A stretch of DNA of 63,955 bases, the filler included, from Hausera hauseri (taxonomy: Eukaryota), in the NCBI GenBank assembly GCA_046269625.1. It is 11 parts of 11 records of this genome, joined end to end, with 100 filler letters (N's around TTAATTAATTAA, not from the genome) between each part and the next. Parts side by side here need not be neighbours in the genome. Positions count along the whole stretch, not along the records: positions 22,160 to 28,369 come from JBJURY010125762.1; positions 28,470 to 32,666 come from JBJURY010707325.1; positions 32,767 to 36,744 come from JBJURY010843746.1; positions 36,845 to 46,003 come from JBJURY010445468.1; 7 more parts are not named here. One strand, 5' to 3'. Shown here piece after piece: positions 24,701 to 37,779 of the stretch (positions are counted from its first letter, which is position 1; each line of letters starts with the position of its first letter). The notes under the pieces are model-generated. The model worked only from the letters and a program-made list of their open reading frames with translations, searched no databases and was not told where the DNA came from. The position numbers and the translations under genes are program-made.

Positions 24701-25957
24701 GGAGATCTTTTTATCAAATCTGGGAATAAATTATTTTCAACAGCATGTCTTAATGCCATCATTGTTAGCCTTCTTGGCGTTTTATGAGGTTTTAATCTGT
24801 CGGGCAATAACAGATGGATAGTCTAGAGAATTAATAGTTTTCCGCACTCAATAGTGGGATCTTGTTTCATAAATTTTACACCACCTTCAAGTTGTATTTG
24901 ATTTACGTTGGTTTGTTCAAAGTTGCCTTCAAAATAATTAGCTTATCTTGTACCGGACGTTTCGTTGAATCCTTTCTTTAAGAGTCCTAAGTGGCAATCA
25001 AATTGTCTCGGTACATCCCAGACCACTGTCGACTTTATACTGTGACAATAACCTTTTCCGAACTTACAAAAAGCAGTATGGGTCATAGTTTTAGAATCAG
25101 TATCGAAATTAAACGTTTACTGTTTTATTTGCATTCGATATTGCTCATCAGCTATTACACTGGACTGAGGTCCTTTTTCTAAATCATAAGTTCTTATATT
25201 GCAGTTTCAACCTATGTCTCTAGTTCCAACAGCATATCTATCGGTTTCATGGATTTCACCGATTCCTGCTTTAATTTCATGCGATTGTAAGGTGAGAATC
25301 CCGTTTCAACTGCAATTTTACATGCTACTGGTGTTACCGATTCAGTATTTTGGTATGGAAATTGATATTAAAATAGTTTCATTCCATAATGCGTTACATT
25401 TTTAGACATGATTAATAAACATTCATAACCTTTTATTTGCACTGATTCTATATCATGATAAATGCAAAGCTCTTTTTGAACAGTTGTTAAATTTTTTTGG
25501 TGTGCTTCAGGAAAAGAGTCCAATTCCATTAATGAATAATAGTCATATTCGTACCCCGCCCTTGCAAAAGTCAGCAGTCAAGTATGAAATTGACATAGTT
25601 TCGTATAAATTATACAGATACAATACAATCGAACGATGATATGCAGTGTTATATAGTAAATCAGTATTTTGTGACATTACCCTCCATACGTATCAACACT
25701 TGAACTCGTTTTGGCATGTAGTCATTATACATAAACACACAGACACGCATGTCAAGCTTACGGAGGGACAGTGTGTGTAATAACATATAACCAAATTCAA
25801 GAAAACAAAATAAACTGCTTACTCACTCAGTGTGTGTATGTGTTAACGTGTTAAACGAAATTCAAGATGACATAAAGACTGATTACTCATGCAACCAAAG
25901 CATTCACTCTACTGCATCGTGTCATTGAAGTACACAAGCTGTTCATTTTTATTTACA

Positions 25958-26206
25958 ATGCCTCAATGTAAACAGCTTACTGACTTCGAGAAGGGCGTCA
26001 TCTGTGACTGTTATTTGTCGAGAAAGAGCTAGAGTGAATCATCAGCCAGTCAAGTCATTCCAAAGGTACAGTCGACTAGTTCCTCAGAAATTATCGACAG
26101 GCAGAGACGCATGTGAATAAGCCACGATAAGGTCGTCCAAGAATACTTACCAGTCGTGCAGAAATGCAACTTAAGAGACTTGTGACAGCACATCGTCGCA
26201 CAACGT
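25958..26206 (+). pseudogene. Tc1-type transposase N-terminal HTH fragment
   Basis: MPQCKQLTDFEKGVI...GRPRILTSRAEMQLKRLV..HRRTT (GRPR motif). Confidence 0.7.
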
Positions 26207-26299
26207 TGTGGTGCCCACTGCGGCCGGTGCCCTTTGGCCCATTTTGGTTGGGCACGGCCGGGCGTCCGTTATCGCCACGTCGGATCTATAGTCGGGTCC

Positions 26300-28369
26300 G
26301 ACTCTTCGCCTTGAGAATTTTATCCGTTGGACTGGACAAAAGATTACGAGATGAACTGTCAGCAAAATTAATCAGTATTCTCAATTTAGGATACGTTTAG
26401 AAGTCGTCGATGGTCAGAAGCAGTTTGTTTGCAACACATGTCAATATAGATCTGTTCATTCTTTAGCAGACGTTCGCAAACATATACTGGGGCGCCACGG
26501 CAGTGTTAGCACCAGTTACACAAGACTTTGTCTACCTGTCAGTAGCCTTTATGCACAAGTATTATCGTTAGTTTCCAGTAAAAACTGATATCCTTTGCTT
26601 ATGAAAAATTAAACGCGCTGATAGCGGTCCTACGTTGGAAACAAATGCAGCCAGTAATACGTTTCAATTGCTGAAAGGTAGCGAACCGGAATCTGAGAAC
26701 CAATCTGAAATTGTCTCAAAACACATGAAACGTTATTCTCACTCTGGTGGACCAGCAGGTAAAAAAATGAAATCATACTGGCAACATCGTCTATTGTACC
26801 AAGAATCAATATTGTTACAAATGAGTAATACAAGGATACTTATGAAGCTACCTATTATGAAATCAAAAGATAATGCAACACCAAACACTATTGATACCCA
26901 TTTGGATTTGTATACTAAAAGTGTTTTCATTTCCGTAGTATCCCCCACCGAATTTAGATATCTGAATTTTGTACATTCTGAATGAAACTAAAGATCCAAC
27001 AATGCAAATTACACTATGATCAAACTCCGAAACATATCGACTACAGTGAAATAAATTCTTTTACTAGTCTAAATGGAGATTCTCTTCCTTACATTCCTTA
27101 AAAAAACTAAAACGGGCCTTAATAAACCTTATAAAACTAAAGAAACTGCCAGAAACAATTTGACATCTAAAACGATTAACACTCCATCAGACGATGAGTC
27201 GATTAGAAACTACATTGGTAAATCAAAGGCCAACTCTTACTTTGATGTGGACATAAAAGCTTCGGCTATCATTATATTGATTACAGATAAAGAATTGTTG
27301 GAGGCAATTTATCATAGATTAGCCTTTGATCTTGTTTTGTGGGAACCAAGTTATGATAAACGAAACAATGATGTTCTTTTTAATTACAAGTCTCGTGAAA
27401 GATTAGAGACTGATGAAGACACAAACACTGATACGTCTTTTGATGAAGGTAATACATACTCGGTACCAAAACCCATTTCTCTCTTTAAGACAGAAGTTTA
27501 CTCTGCCGGTCAATAGTATTACAGCTAAAGGTAATCTTCAGACATTTTCAGACAATATTAAACCAGAATGTGTTATGGATATCGTTGGAGTAAACTTGTT
27601 CACCAATTCGGATATTGTACAAGGACTAATTGAAACGCAAACTATGCTAATTATGAAATTGGATGAATTTCGTATATTTCACAATGAGAGCATTCAGCTG
27701 AAAACTGACGAAAAACAAAAATTATTTGATCCAAATTATCAATTAACAAATGGATATTATTGCGTTATGGATGTTATGCCAAGACATCTGAAAGATACGA
27801 CCATATCAACTGATAGCAGTATGCTAGTTCTTATAATGGATAGTCCAATATAAAAAGTAAAAAAATTAAATCAAACGTGAAACAGAAGGCGTCTACGATT
27901 CTTACCGCTCAACTTAATTATTGTTGCTTTCGACACAGATATATGGATGACATTAATAATGGCTTGAAATGGCCCGTTAATTTGGTAGGTCTTTTATCTT
28001 TAAACAATCCTGTAATTACAGGTTATACACTTCCTGATACCGATACAGTAGTACATCTTCACGCTTCAAATTGTGCTCTGGATCTATGTTTCAGTCAATT
28101 TCCTATGCTAGTGTTGTCGGTGTTTAAGAATATTGAAGTCGAAACATCCTTAAATACAAGCCGTATTGTTAAAAAACTCCGAAATTTGTTTTAATAGTGT
28201 GCTAAAAATAAAGCTGAAATATTGTTGGAATGTCTAAGTACTATTGCCAGTATTGCGAAGATAAAACACAAATGGTTGGTAGATTTAAATCATAATTTTT
28301 CGCCGAGGTCGTCTACGTTAAATATGCTAATGGAATATACTTATAACAATATCACTCAGTTACCATAGA
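26300..28369 (+). pseudogene. ATG2: Autophagy-related protein 2 homolog, intron-poor and disrupted (probable retrocopy)
   Basis: LLEAIYHRLAFDLVLWEPS and FRHRY....LKWPVNLVGLLSLNNPVITGYTLPDTDTVVHLHASNCALD resemble ATG2 blocks as recalled (LYNR..NDLLLWEP; LQHR...W..Q....L.I.DEPVLGY..P...T.FH.HLWSCALD). Multiple stops and frameshifts. Confidence 0.7.
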
Positions 28370-28855
28370 NNNNNNNNNNNNNNNNNNNNNNNNNNNNNNN
28401 NNNNNNNNNNNNNTTAATTAATTAANNNNNNNNNNNNNNNNNNNNNNNNNNNNNNNNNNNNNNNNNNNNGATGCGACTTTGACGATTAAACCCAGAAACC
28501 TCAGTTTCATCGATGTCAGTACCCAGAGTGATCCGGAGGACCGAATTTTTTTCAAAAGGGGGAGAAATGTTGAGACCGAATAATGATTTTTATGGATGAC
28601 CGATGACATTGATTTTTATGAATAATCAACAATAATTTACTGACAGATGACATATTTGAATTTGGTATTTTGTAAATCGACATCTTGTGAATTTTGTATT
28701 TTGTTCTCTTTATTGTTTCATAAATCGCTTGTCAAACCCCAGTGATGGGTACACCTTTATTATTTTCTGTTTTTGTATGTATAATTGTTAGCCCAAATAC
28801 GTTGTGGGGATGATTGGTTGACATTATGGTATTAGAGTAACATTACACAAGAATT

Positions 28856-28975
28856 AAAATATATTAAATTCAAATATTAAAGTTGCATATTGGCGAGGCA
28901 ATATTCAAATTCAAAGATTAAACGTTGAATAGTTGCATATAGGCGAGGCAAATATTAAATTCAAATATTAAAAAT
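28856..28975. repeat. Short imperfect tandem repeat (~40-50 bp unit, about 2.5 copies)
   Basis: ATATTAAATTCAAATATTAAA and GTTGCATAT[T/A]GGCGAGGCA recur in tandem. Confidence 0.75.
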
Positions 28976-31598
28976 CTTAAGATTCCAAAAATAGAAGGTT
29001 ACAGTATAGTGGCGAGTTTTATAAATAGAAAACGGCGAAACAGTGTCGTATCATCTAATTTCGGAAATTCCAAAAGACGTATAAATACGTCATTGAATGA
29101 AAAAGAATAACATTACAACATTATTATCTCAACACAATTACTTGACGAATACGAAGTACACGAAGGATCCAGACGATAATTCCTGGTAAAAGGTTGCATT
29201 ATATCTTACAATATTTAATCAAATGTAGATTCGAATATTATAAATTCCTCGAAGAAATCGACAAGGATTTTCTTGAACAGATATTCTGTGACCAATATTG
29301 AATTGATTAATTACTATGAATTCGAACTCTTTCATAAATGTTGACGTGATTGAAAATGATGAACCCCAAACGGTGAATTCAAACGCCAATATTCAAAATG
29401 ATAATAATCGAAGATATGACACGAGGCCGGCCTACCAAACAGAAACGACAAATGGTAAAGTGTTGCTTTGTTTTGTGATGTCAACCTATTATCCCTTATC
29501 AACTATTTAATAGAACAAGTATTGTACGTTTTTTGTATTATAATAAAAATTTAAACAATAAATCAAATTGATGAATATGAATTTTTAACGATTGATGGGT
29601 CAAACGATAACGTCGGAAGGATTGAAAGTAAATAGGAACCGAGGTAAATGAAGATAAGTTTGTGGAACCCGATCACTCTGAACGATATACGGATTACAAG
29701 AATGACGATGTCTAAAAATAAAAACCCATTCCAAATCTAATTTATTTGCTTCTGCTGTTAAAATTGCTTATAATTCGCGCTGTAATAAAATTTTTCAAAA
29801 TAAATTTGAATTTTGATAAACGCATGACGAGCTGAATCCAATGGGACCTACGGTGGAGAGACGAATTCGTGAACGCCTTGAGAGTAATCGGAAACAAACT
29901 AAATGGAACTTGAAGGCAACAAATCCGAAATAATGCTCTGACGATCGTGGACGTTCTATGAATAATACTATCCACCCTGCCGAGACTGGGCAAGTTATCT
30001 TGATCTAATAATTTTGTGGTCTCAATTTCAAACGATATTGTTCCTAAAATACTTGGACATTAATCTGTTAAATTTATTATGAATAACCATCTGGATTTTT
30101 ATGATTGATACGAGGCTTATGGTAAACGATTTTGTTGGTAATAAATCATGCTGGACCCGAATTAAATTTGTAAGTCATACATATACGAAACGTCATCATT
30201 CAACCAATAAACTAAAATCCTGATAGGTATATGCATGATAGGGTGAACTCCCAAGAGTGGATTTGAGTTGGCATATATGGTTTAGTTGGCGAACAATGGG
30301 ATATGTATGTAGATATATAGATCTTATGTTAGTAATATGGGAGAGTCCTGTCCAGTATTGACCCGGAGAGATTGGGGTATTTATTATTGCCCGGTATATA
30401 TAATCTAATGAAGAAAATCAAGTTCGAACGTGACAGATTTTCTCGATACAATTTGATACATGATTTTGACTAGAATTGGAATGAACAGCATACACCGTTT
30501 TGGAATTATTACATATTTGATTTCTTTTAATTGTGTGATTATATGCAATATAATACGACCAATTTCGATTGTTTTAAATTGTTAATCATAAAATCGGTTA
30601 TAGATGGTTTAGTATGGTACGTCATTTCGGAAACCTTTATTTATTTATATCACTGTCGTCAAACATTATTGTAAGTTTATGAATGTATACGAAAGTCTAT
30701 TTATATATATAGTATCACTGTCATCAAATATTATTAAAAATCTACGAATGTAAATGATTAAAATAGGCCTCATTATCTGGAAGTTGCCATCATATGGAAG
30801 ATTGAGATAATGGGTAATGATGCAGTACGTTTGCGGTCCCGTGTATAGCGTAATCGAAAGGGTTATCTAACTAGTGGATCTGAATTGAGTGGACTCACAA
30901 AGTACATTAATACTGCAGAAAGGGATCGTTGCAGGTTTAGTATGAGCAATGCCATCATTTTTCTATCATAACCATGCCATAAGGAGAACGGTAGATATAG
31001 ATCGCTGGATCAAATGAGAAAAGAGAGACATTGTAAATTACATCTATATCTGGAACATTGAGGACAACAGTATTGCATCCCTATGTTAAATGCTGAAGCT
31101 TCAATACGCGAAATATAAAAAAGAACTTAAACGATTATGAATATTGAGACGATAGCATTATTAAGACTCGTACTTATTGCAAACGGTAGAAAAAACCCAA
31201 ACATATTCCTTGAACTATAGATGCATTGCCATCATATTATTCCGAGAAAACAAAATTTTATACACGTAAGGTCCTATCCCTGATTGGAATCGAAATACAC
31301 GCCATACGTTGTCCAAAGACTATTGTATATATGAAAAATATGAACTTGCAGGACATGTACAATCGTTGGGACCATATAACAAAGGCGCAGGTATTTTACA
31401 TACCGAACCGCCCTCGAACTCCCCCTTCAGGTTCAATCAAAATATTTATATGTTACTATGAAGCCCGATGAAGCCTTAAGGTATCTGAACAAACAGTTTT
31501 ATCCTTAATCCAGTACGAAATAGTAACACTAACATCAAATAGTTGGTACATATCCGGGTCTTGCAACAGCTCAATTTCCCTGTTTACTNNNNNNNNNN

Positions 31599-32666
31599 CA
31601 AAATGTCTGAAACACATCGGCTAACAAGTACACGTCCAGTTTCAGGTACTGGAGCATGTAATCCAACATGTTCCTGCAGCCAAGCTATGTTCACGCTTCC
31701 TGTGCTCTGTAGTACTCGTCCTCTGTGATTCCGCCCCATTATGACAGCTATTCAGCTGTTGTCTGAAGCCGCTCGTACGACACAGCAAAGTCATATGGGA
31801 ATGTACCTTTGCTGAGTGCAATATGCGTAGAGAACTGCATCAGTGTTATCGGCACATCCGCCAAGGCGCTTATGAGCTTTCCTAAAACCGGTTTATGCAT
31901 GCCGATAGGGACAGGTACTTTTCCATTGTTGTTGGAATTATGGACAGTTCCAAGTGAGGAAATTCGTTTATGGCCCATTTCAGTATATGGTGACAATCAT
32001 AACCTCGGAAATTATGAAAGATCACCGGTAGAAATGGCCGCACAGGCCTCGTTAAATTGCATGCGTTGCATGCTGCTCCCAGATATCGATCGGTGAAATG
32101 ACCATGGTCCGGTATGAGCTGTTTCTGTGCATCAAAAGGCAATATTTGTGGCAGAGGTAACATTCTTCGGTCGCAGCGAAGATCAGCGGTTCATATTCAT
32201 CTGCTCAAATCAATGGTTAATGGAATTATTGCGATACCACGGCTCGATTTCCCTTTCCACTCTCGTTTCCAAACGTTTCAGAAAATCACGTACACAGTCC
32301 CAGCCGTGAAAGGCCTAATACTGCGCCTGACCGACCGCTTTTATTGGAACAACCAACATACCAACGGCAATTGAAATGTGTTTTTGATCATACACGTTGT
32401 GTCGTGGTAAAATTGCCTCAATATCGGCATATACAACATATACCGGACTTTCCGTTTTCGACCAGTCATTGAATCGGAGCTCCTTTTTGAGTGGCGTGAC
32501 ATACATGGTTGTTTCCGATGAATTCTGCTTGCACAGCGTCATATGTTGCTCAAATGTTGTTTTTGACCTGAAACCATGCAGATATACAGGACATCATTTA
32601 CATTGTATACGCTTTTGGACAAACTGATGATAATCCATGTTCAACAGTCGATCCAAATTGGTCACT
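31599..32666 (-). pseudogene. Protein-primed family B DNA polymerase fragment (Polinton/adintovirus type), exonuclease region
   Basis: VVYADIEAIL, the EndoVII-like insert DHGHFTDRYLGAACNACNL, VIFHNFRGYDCH, IIPTTMEKYLS and KGTFPYDF. Confidence 0.85.
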
Positions 32667-33433
32667 NNNNNNNNNNNNNNNNNNNNNNNNNNNNNNNNNN
32701 NNNNNNNNNNTTAATTAATTAANNNNNNNNNNNNNNNNNNNNNNNNNNNNNNNNNNNNNNNNNNNNTTTATTTGATACATTAAAGCGAATACACAAATGC
32801 AACTCCTTGACAAGACAAATGCAATACGATGGCAATACAAGTAGCATAATCACGGATTCGTGCATGTGAGCAAGGTTTTATCTTGAGTTTTGTTTAATCA
32901 AATTACGTGACAAGTTCATGCATTTGATGCATTAAAACAAATGTGCAGTATGTTGACAATACAAATGCAACATGTTGACAGCAATATGCAGTGCCCAATT
33001 TACCCTAAAATTAAAATTATTTATTTTTCTTTACAGGTTTGTTTTGTTTTACTGCATCATTTATGAAATTAAAATAAAAATCAAGAAAAACAGGCAGTGC
33101 ACGTTGACATGGCTACATATTTCATTATTTGCAAATTCACTTCCAAGGATGGTGAGTTTTGTTATTTGTACTCCTCAAATAATTGGTTTGTTTAGATTTG
33201 CAACTTTTACAAATTTTGCATGGCACAGAAACAAGAGGAGCAGAATTGCCACAGTGTAATGCATCATTATTTTGGATACCAGCACAATAGGACTCAATAC
33301 TATGTATGTCATGTATGTGAGGTAGTGTTCCGGACCGGTTACGAGAAATTTTAGAACCAACATAAACTGCATCAGGATTCGTTCACAAAGTCGAAGAAAG
33401 AAATATTCAACAATAAGATACCAATGACAACAA

Positions 33434-33997
33434 GTGTCCCAAAAGCAATTCAGATGTGCGGTTCCTATGTTTATTACACATCCAAAGCACATAATGCGCA
33501 ACAGTGCCATGAAACGATGCAGCGGTATTATGGACACAAATCCAAAAGTATCCAATAATATATATCCGGGATGCGAGACTTTATGTGATGCAGACTACAT
33601 ACGGTTCTATTATAATCACAAACATCATCTGAGTCACTTTGCATCAAAATCAAAGAAGGGCATCTATAGTGAGCAACATAACATTGATGCATCTGCTTCG
33701 CAGTATGATGCTTCTCAGTATTTTGCCTCGCATTATGCTGCTGGATCTGCTTTAGCAGCTGCGAAGCATATTAGAGAATTGAAACACGCAGCCGCATCAT
33801 GCGTAGCAGCATTAAGCACGGTCACATCAGATGCACCGGCTGAATCAAAAAGCCAAAAACAGCGGCCAATTGATGACGCAGATATCCTATTAATGCAACT
33901 GATTAAACAACCATCAAGGAGTTCTTGGAATATACAAAGGAATAAATACAGGGAATTCTCCAAGATACCATGGCGTAGCTCAAAGTCCTTAAGGTGA
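33434..33997 (+). CDS. Unknown ORF upstream of PolB (possible Polinton accessory gene remnant)
   Basis: 187-aa ORF on the PolB strand with a short ASQY repeat. No recognised domain. Confidence 0.25.
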   Translation: MSQKQFRCAVPMFITHPKHIMRNSAMKRCSGIMDTNPKVSNNIYPGCETLCDADYIRFYYNHKHHLSHFASKSKKGIYSEQHNIDASASQYDASQYFASHYAAGSALAAAKHIRELKHAAASCVAALSTVTSDAPAESKSQKQRPIDDADILLMQLIKQPSRSSWNIQRNKYREFSKIPWRSSKSLR

Positions 33998-34199
33998 ATA
34001 TGAAACTTGAGGCCACGTACATCAATGCTGATGACGAAGAATTCAATAGGGCCTTCAAGAAAAAAATAGGCCCATATTGGAAAACACCAATATAGCAGAA
34101 TGGCTGCAAGAGGGACATAAGAAACGGATCTGTGAAGCCAATGAGAGCCAGAGTAATAAGAGCGGATGGACTCTGTCAACCATCAAGTGATTGCTTGTG

Positions 34200-36744
34200 T
34201 ATGTTCACAAGTACTCTCCCATGCGGGGCAACTCCTATATACAGCTTCCAGATTTCAGTCGCTAATAAAATACCATGCATCAATGTCCTTAATGATGACA
34301 ACAAGTGTTTCATGTATGCCATTTTATGAAAACTCGTACGGAATCAAAAACATGCAGAAGATAGAGTTTGGCTATACAATGATCTGAAGCACAACTATGA
34401 CTTCCAATGTATTAAGTTCCCGTCATCCATAAATAAAGTAAAGAAGTTCAGTCGACTCAACAATATATCCATCGGCAACATTGGATTGGATGATTAGGAA
34501 AAATTCTATCCCCTGAAGATATGCGATACTGAATTGGAAGATCCTACAATTATTGTATCAGTCCAGAATTTCCAAACGAGGACTACATTGAATTCAAGGA
34601 GTTCGAGAAAAAGATCAAGGTCCCAATAGTTATCTATTAAGACTTTGAAGCGATCTTGCGTCCAGTTCAGAGTTGCACTCCCAATCCCAAACATAGCAGC
34701 ACAACGGCATACCAATATCATGAACTGTCATCGTATTGCATGTATGCCAAAGGACTGGACAGTAAACCATTTCTATTCAGGGGTCCAGGTGCAGCAGCTC
34801 ATTTCATGAAACGACTTGAAGACATGGCTCATAAATATGAAAACATGCTTCAGCAGCATAAGGATAATATGAAAATATCGTGGAGACAAGAAGATGAATG
34901 GCGGAAGGCAATAACATATTACTTGTGGAACAAGTCTTTCACTAAGCAGAATCATAAAGTCAAGGATCATTACCATTTTATAGGTGCATATCGAAGGGCA
35001 GCATGCAACAATTTCGATCTTCGCTGCAAAACATGCACATGTGTGCCTGTTGTGTTCCATAATCTCAGTGGCTATGATTCCCGTTTTATAGTCCGAGAAT
35101 TAGGCAACATTGAAGGAAACATTGAGGTGATCCAAAACAGTGAGGAAAAATATATCACTTTCACCAAGCATGTTGGGAAAATTAGGCTTTGCTTCATAGA
35201 CAGCTTTCGTTTCATGTCGTCTTCATTGGGCAGTTTAGTGAAGAACCTCCCTGCAGAAGAACTCAAGGAGACGAAGCGATTCTTCCTCACTACATTTGAT
35301 CTAGTCAAGAGGAAAGGAGTTTTTCCCTATGACTATATAACTTCATGGGAAACACTAGATGAGACCTCATAGCCGGCCAAGAAGACCTTTTACAATATCC
35401 TCTCTGACTACGATATCGGTGATGCTGACTACCGGCATGCTCAGAACGTCTGGCATGCATTTCAATGCCGAACATTAGGGAAATACAGTGCTATTTACCT
35501 CAAGACGGACGTGCTGCTGCTGACAGATGTCCTTAAGAGTTTCAGGGATGTTACAATGAAGAGCCATGCTTTGGATCCGGCTCATTTCTTTACAACTTCA
35601 GGAAAGAGTTAGGCAGCAATGCTGAGCTATACCTGGATGCCGACAACTTGTATGGATGGGCAATGAGCGCCCCATTGTCATATGATAAATTCAAATGAGT
35701 CGCGAATCACTATACTGGACCTGGATTCCACTGAAGATACGGGATACATACTTGAGGTAGATATGGAATATCCGTCTTCCATCCACTCAAGGCATGAACA
35801 GCTGCCTTTCCTCCCGGAGAGCAGGCCCACGTCTCATGAAAAGTAGAGAAAGCTACTCTGCTATCTGGATAATAGGGTGAGGTATATACCCCACTACATC
35901 AATCTACAGGAGGAAGTTAGACATGAACTTCGTATTACTAAGATCCATATAGTCCTGCAATTCAGTCAGTCCATGTGGCAGCAGTCATACATAGATCTTA
36001 ATACGAAGCTGCGGACAAATGCCAAGAACGACATTAAGAAGGATCAATTTAAGCAATATAACAACAGTGGTTTTCGCAAGACCATGGAGAATATCCGCAA
36101 CAGGATCAACATCGAACTGGTCTCTGAGTGAAAGCAGGCAAAGAAGCTAATTGACAAGCCTAACTTCCACAGCAGCACCATATATGCTGGAAACTTGGTC
36201 AGCATCTATATGCGGAAAGCAGCACTGATGTTCAACAAGCCCATATATGTGGGTATGGCAATATTGGATCTATCAAATACCCTAATGTATCAATTCCATT
36301 ATGACATCATAGTCCCCAAGTTCAAGTCCATACAGCTGATGTATATGGATACTGATAATTTCATCTATCAGATCCATACAGATGATATTTATGAGGACTT
36401 TGTTAAGTTGGCACAGCATATGGATACCTCGGACTATCCGAAGGAACATTCAAACTATTCAATTGCCAACAAAAAGGTCCTAGGGAAATTCAAAGACCAG
36501 GTGAATGGAGCAATCGACTCGAGATTTGTAGCTCTCAGATCCAAGTTTTGTGGTCTAGACGTATGTGGTCAGATCAAAAGGAGAGCCGAGGGCGTTCAAA
36601 AGGCTACATTGGCCAAGAACATCAGTTTTGAGGACTATGTCAGAGTTCTGCAGGAGCAGACGCATATAATATCAGAAATGAGAAGGATCCAATCTAAGAA
36701 TTATAACATTCAAACAGAAACACTGCATAAGAAAAGCCTAGATT
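34200..36744 (+). pseudogene. Protein-primed family B DNA polymerase (Polinton/adintovirus type), nearly complete but disrupted
   Basis: CINVLNDDNKCF, DFEAIL, KDHYHFIGAYRRAACN, FHNLSGYDS, FIDSFRFMSSSL, KGVFPYDYI, YLDADNLYGWAMS, GYILEVDMEYP, NNSGFRKTMEN, YMDTDNF and LGKFKD. Confidence 0.92.
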
Positions 36745-36844
36745 NNNNNNNNNNNNNNNNNNNNNNNNNNNNNNNNNNNNNNNNNNNNTTAATTAATTAA
36801 NNNNNNNNNNNNNNNNNNNNNNNNNNNNNNNNNNNNNNNNNNNN

Positions 36845-37730
36845 AGTAATTTTTTTTTGTTCATTTTCTTTGTCTTAGTAAGCCTAACAGTAGTGCTTAC
36901 TGGGACGGTCCGTCTTGGCATCGCTGTTTCGACCGAAATTTTCCAAATTCTACTGTCTGGATAATATCTTCCTAAATAAGTGCTTAGTTTATTTATTTGA
37001 ATTTTATAGAAGTCAAAATGAATTCTATATTCATAACCTTCTGAGATTTTACAACAGATCTTAAGATTTTTGTTCTTGATGCTACAGTAATTTGGAGTTG
37101 GACTTAACTTGTTTATTTTAGTAAATTGGATTGAGACCTCCTGGTTGTTTGATACTCTTCCTTTTGTATTTATTTGGATACACTTGTTTTTCTTATTTGC
37201 TGAAATATTGACTATATTTTCATTTAATACCCATTTAATGGGGTCAATCGACTGTACTATGTCACTGAACTCTGTTACATTGATCTGTTCTTCGACGAGT
37301 ATTACAAGTTTTACTTGCGGTCTTATGGCTCCTTGCGTGAGCTCATAGTTTTTCTAATACATTCGTACGGTAAAGGTATAAATGTCTTCATAATTTATGA
37401 CACAACATTTTTCTAGAGCTCCATACGGAAAATCACAATGGGTCATTACTCGTTTATTCGCGTTCCATAGAACTACTTGGTATTTTACTGATTTTCTCAC
37501 GGCTTCGTCCGTCTTAAATAGCATAAAATCTCGTCTTGGGTCTATATTTCGGACCTTGAATCGATCTAAGGTATTTAAATCTTTCATTTTTATTCTTATC
37601 AATTCATCCTTCATCCATTTGTTTAATCGTTGTATTAAACCTCCTTGAGCATTAGTTCTCAAAACATATGAGGCTATCAGTGATAGTGCTAAGACTATCT
37701 ATATGTAAGACATAGGTCTAGTCACCATGG
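36845..37730 (-). pseudogene. Post-integrase secreted/membrane protein, copy A (truncated by contig end)
   Basis: Signal-like MSYI*IVLALSLIASYVLRTNA|Q. Repeats HCDFPYGALEKCCVINYEDIYTFTVR and YCSIKNKNLKICCKISEGYEYRIHFD. Confidence 0.6.
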
Positions 37731-37779
37731 ACAAGGTTTCTGCTTTCCTACATTTCGTCTTCTGGTTTACTTCCCTATC

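Noticed and set aside
28856-28975. CRISPR-like array
   Set aside because: There are only 2-3 imperfect units with no unique equal-length spacers, the context is eukaryotic, and no cas genes are present.
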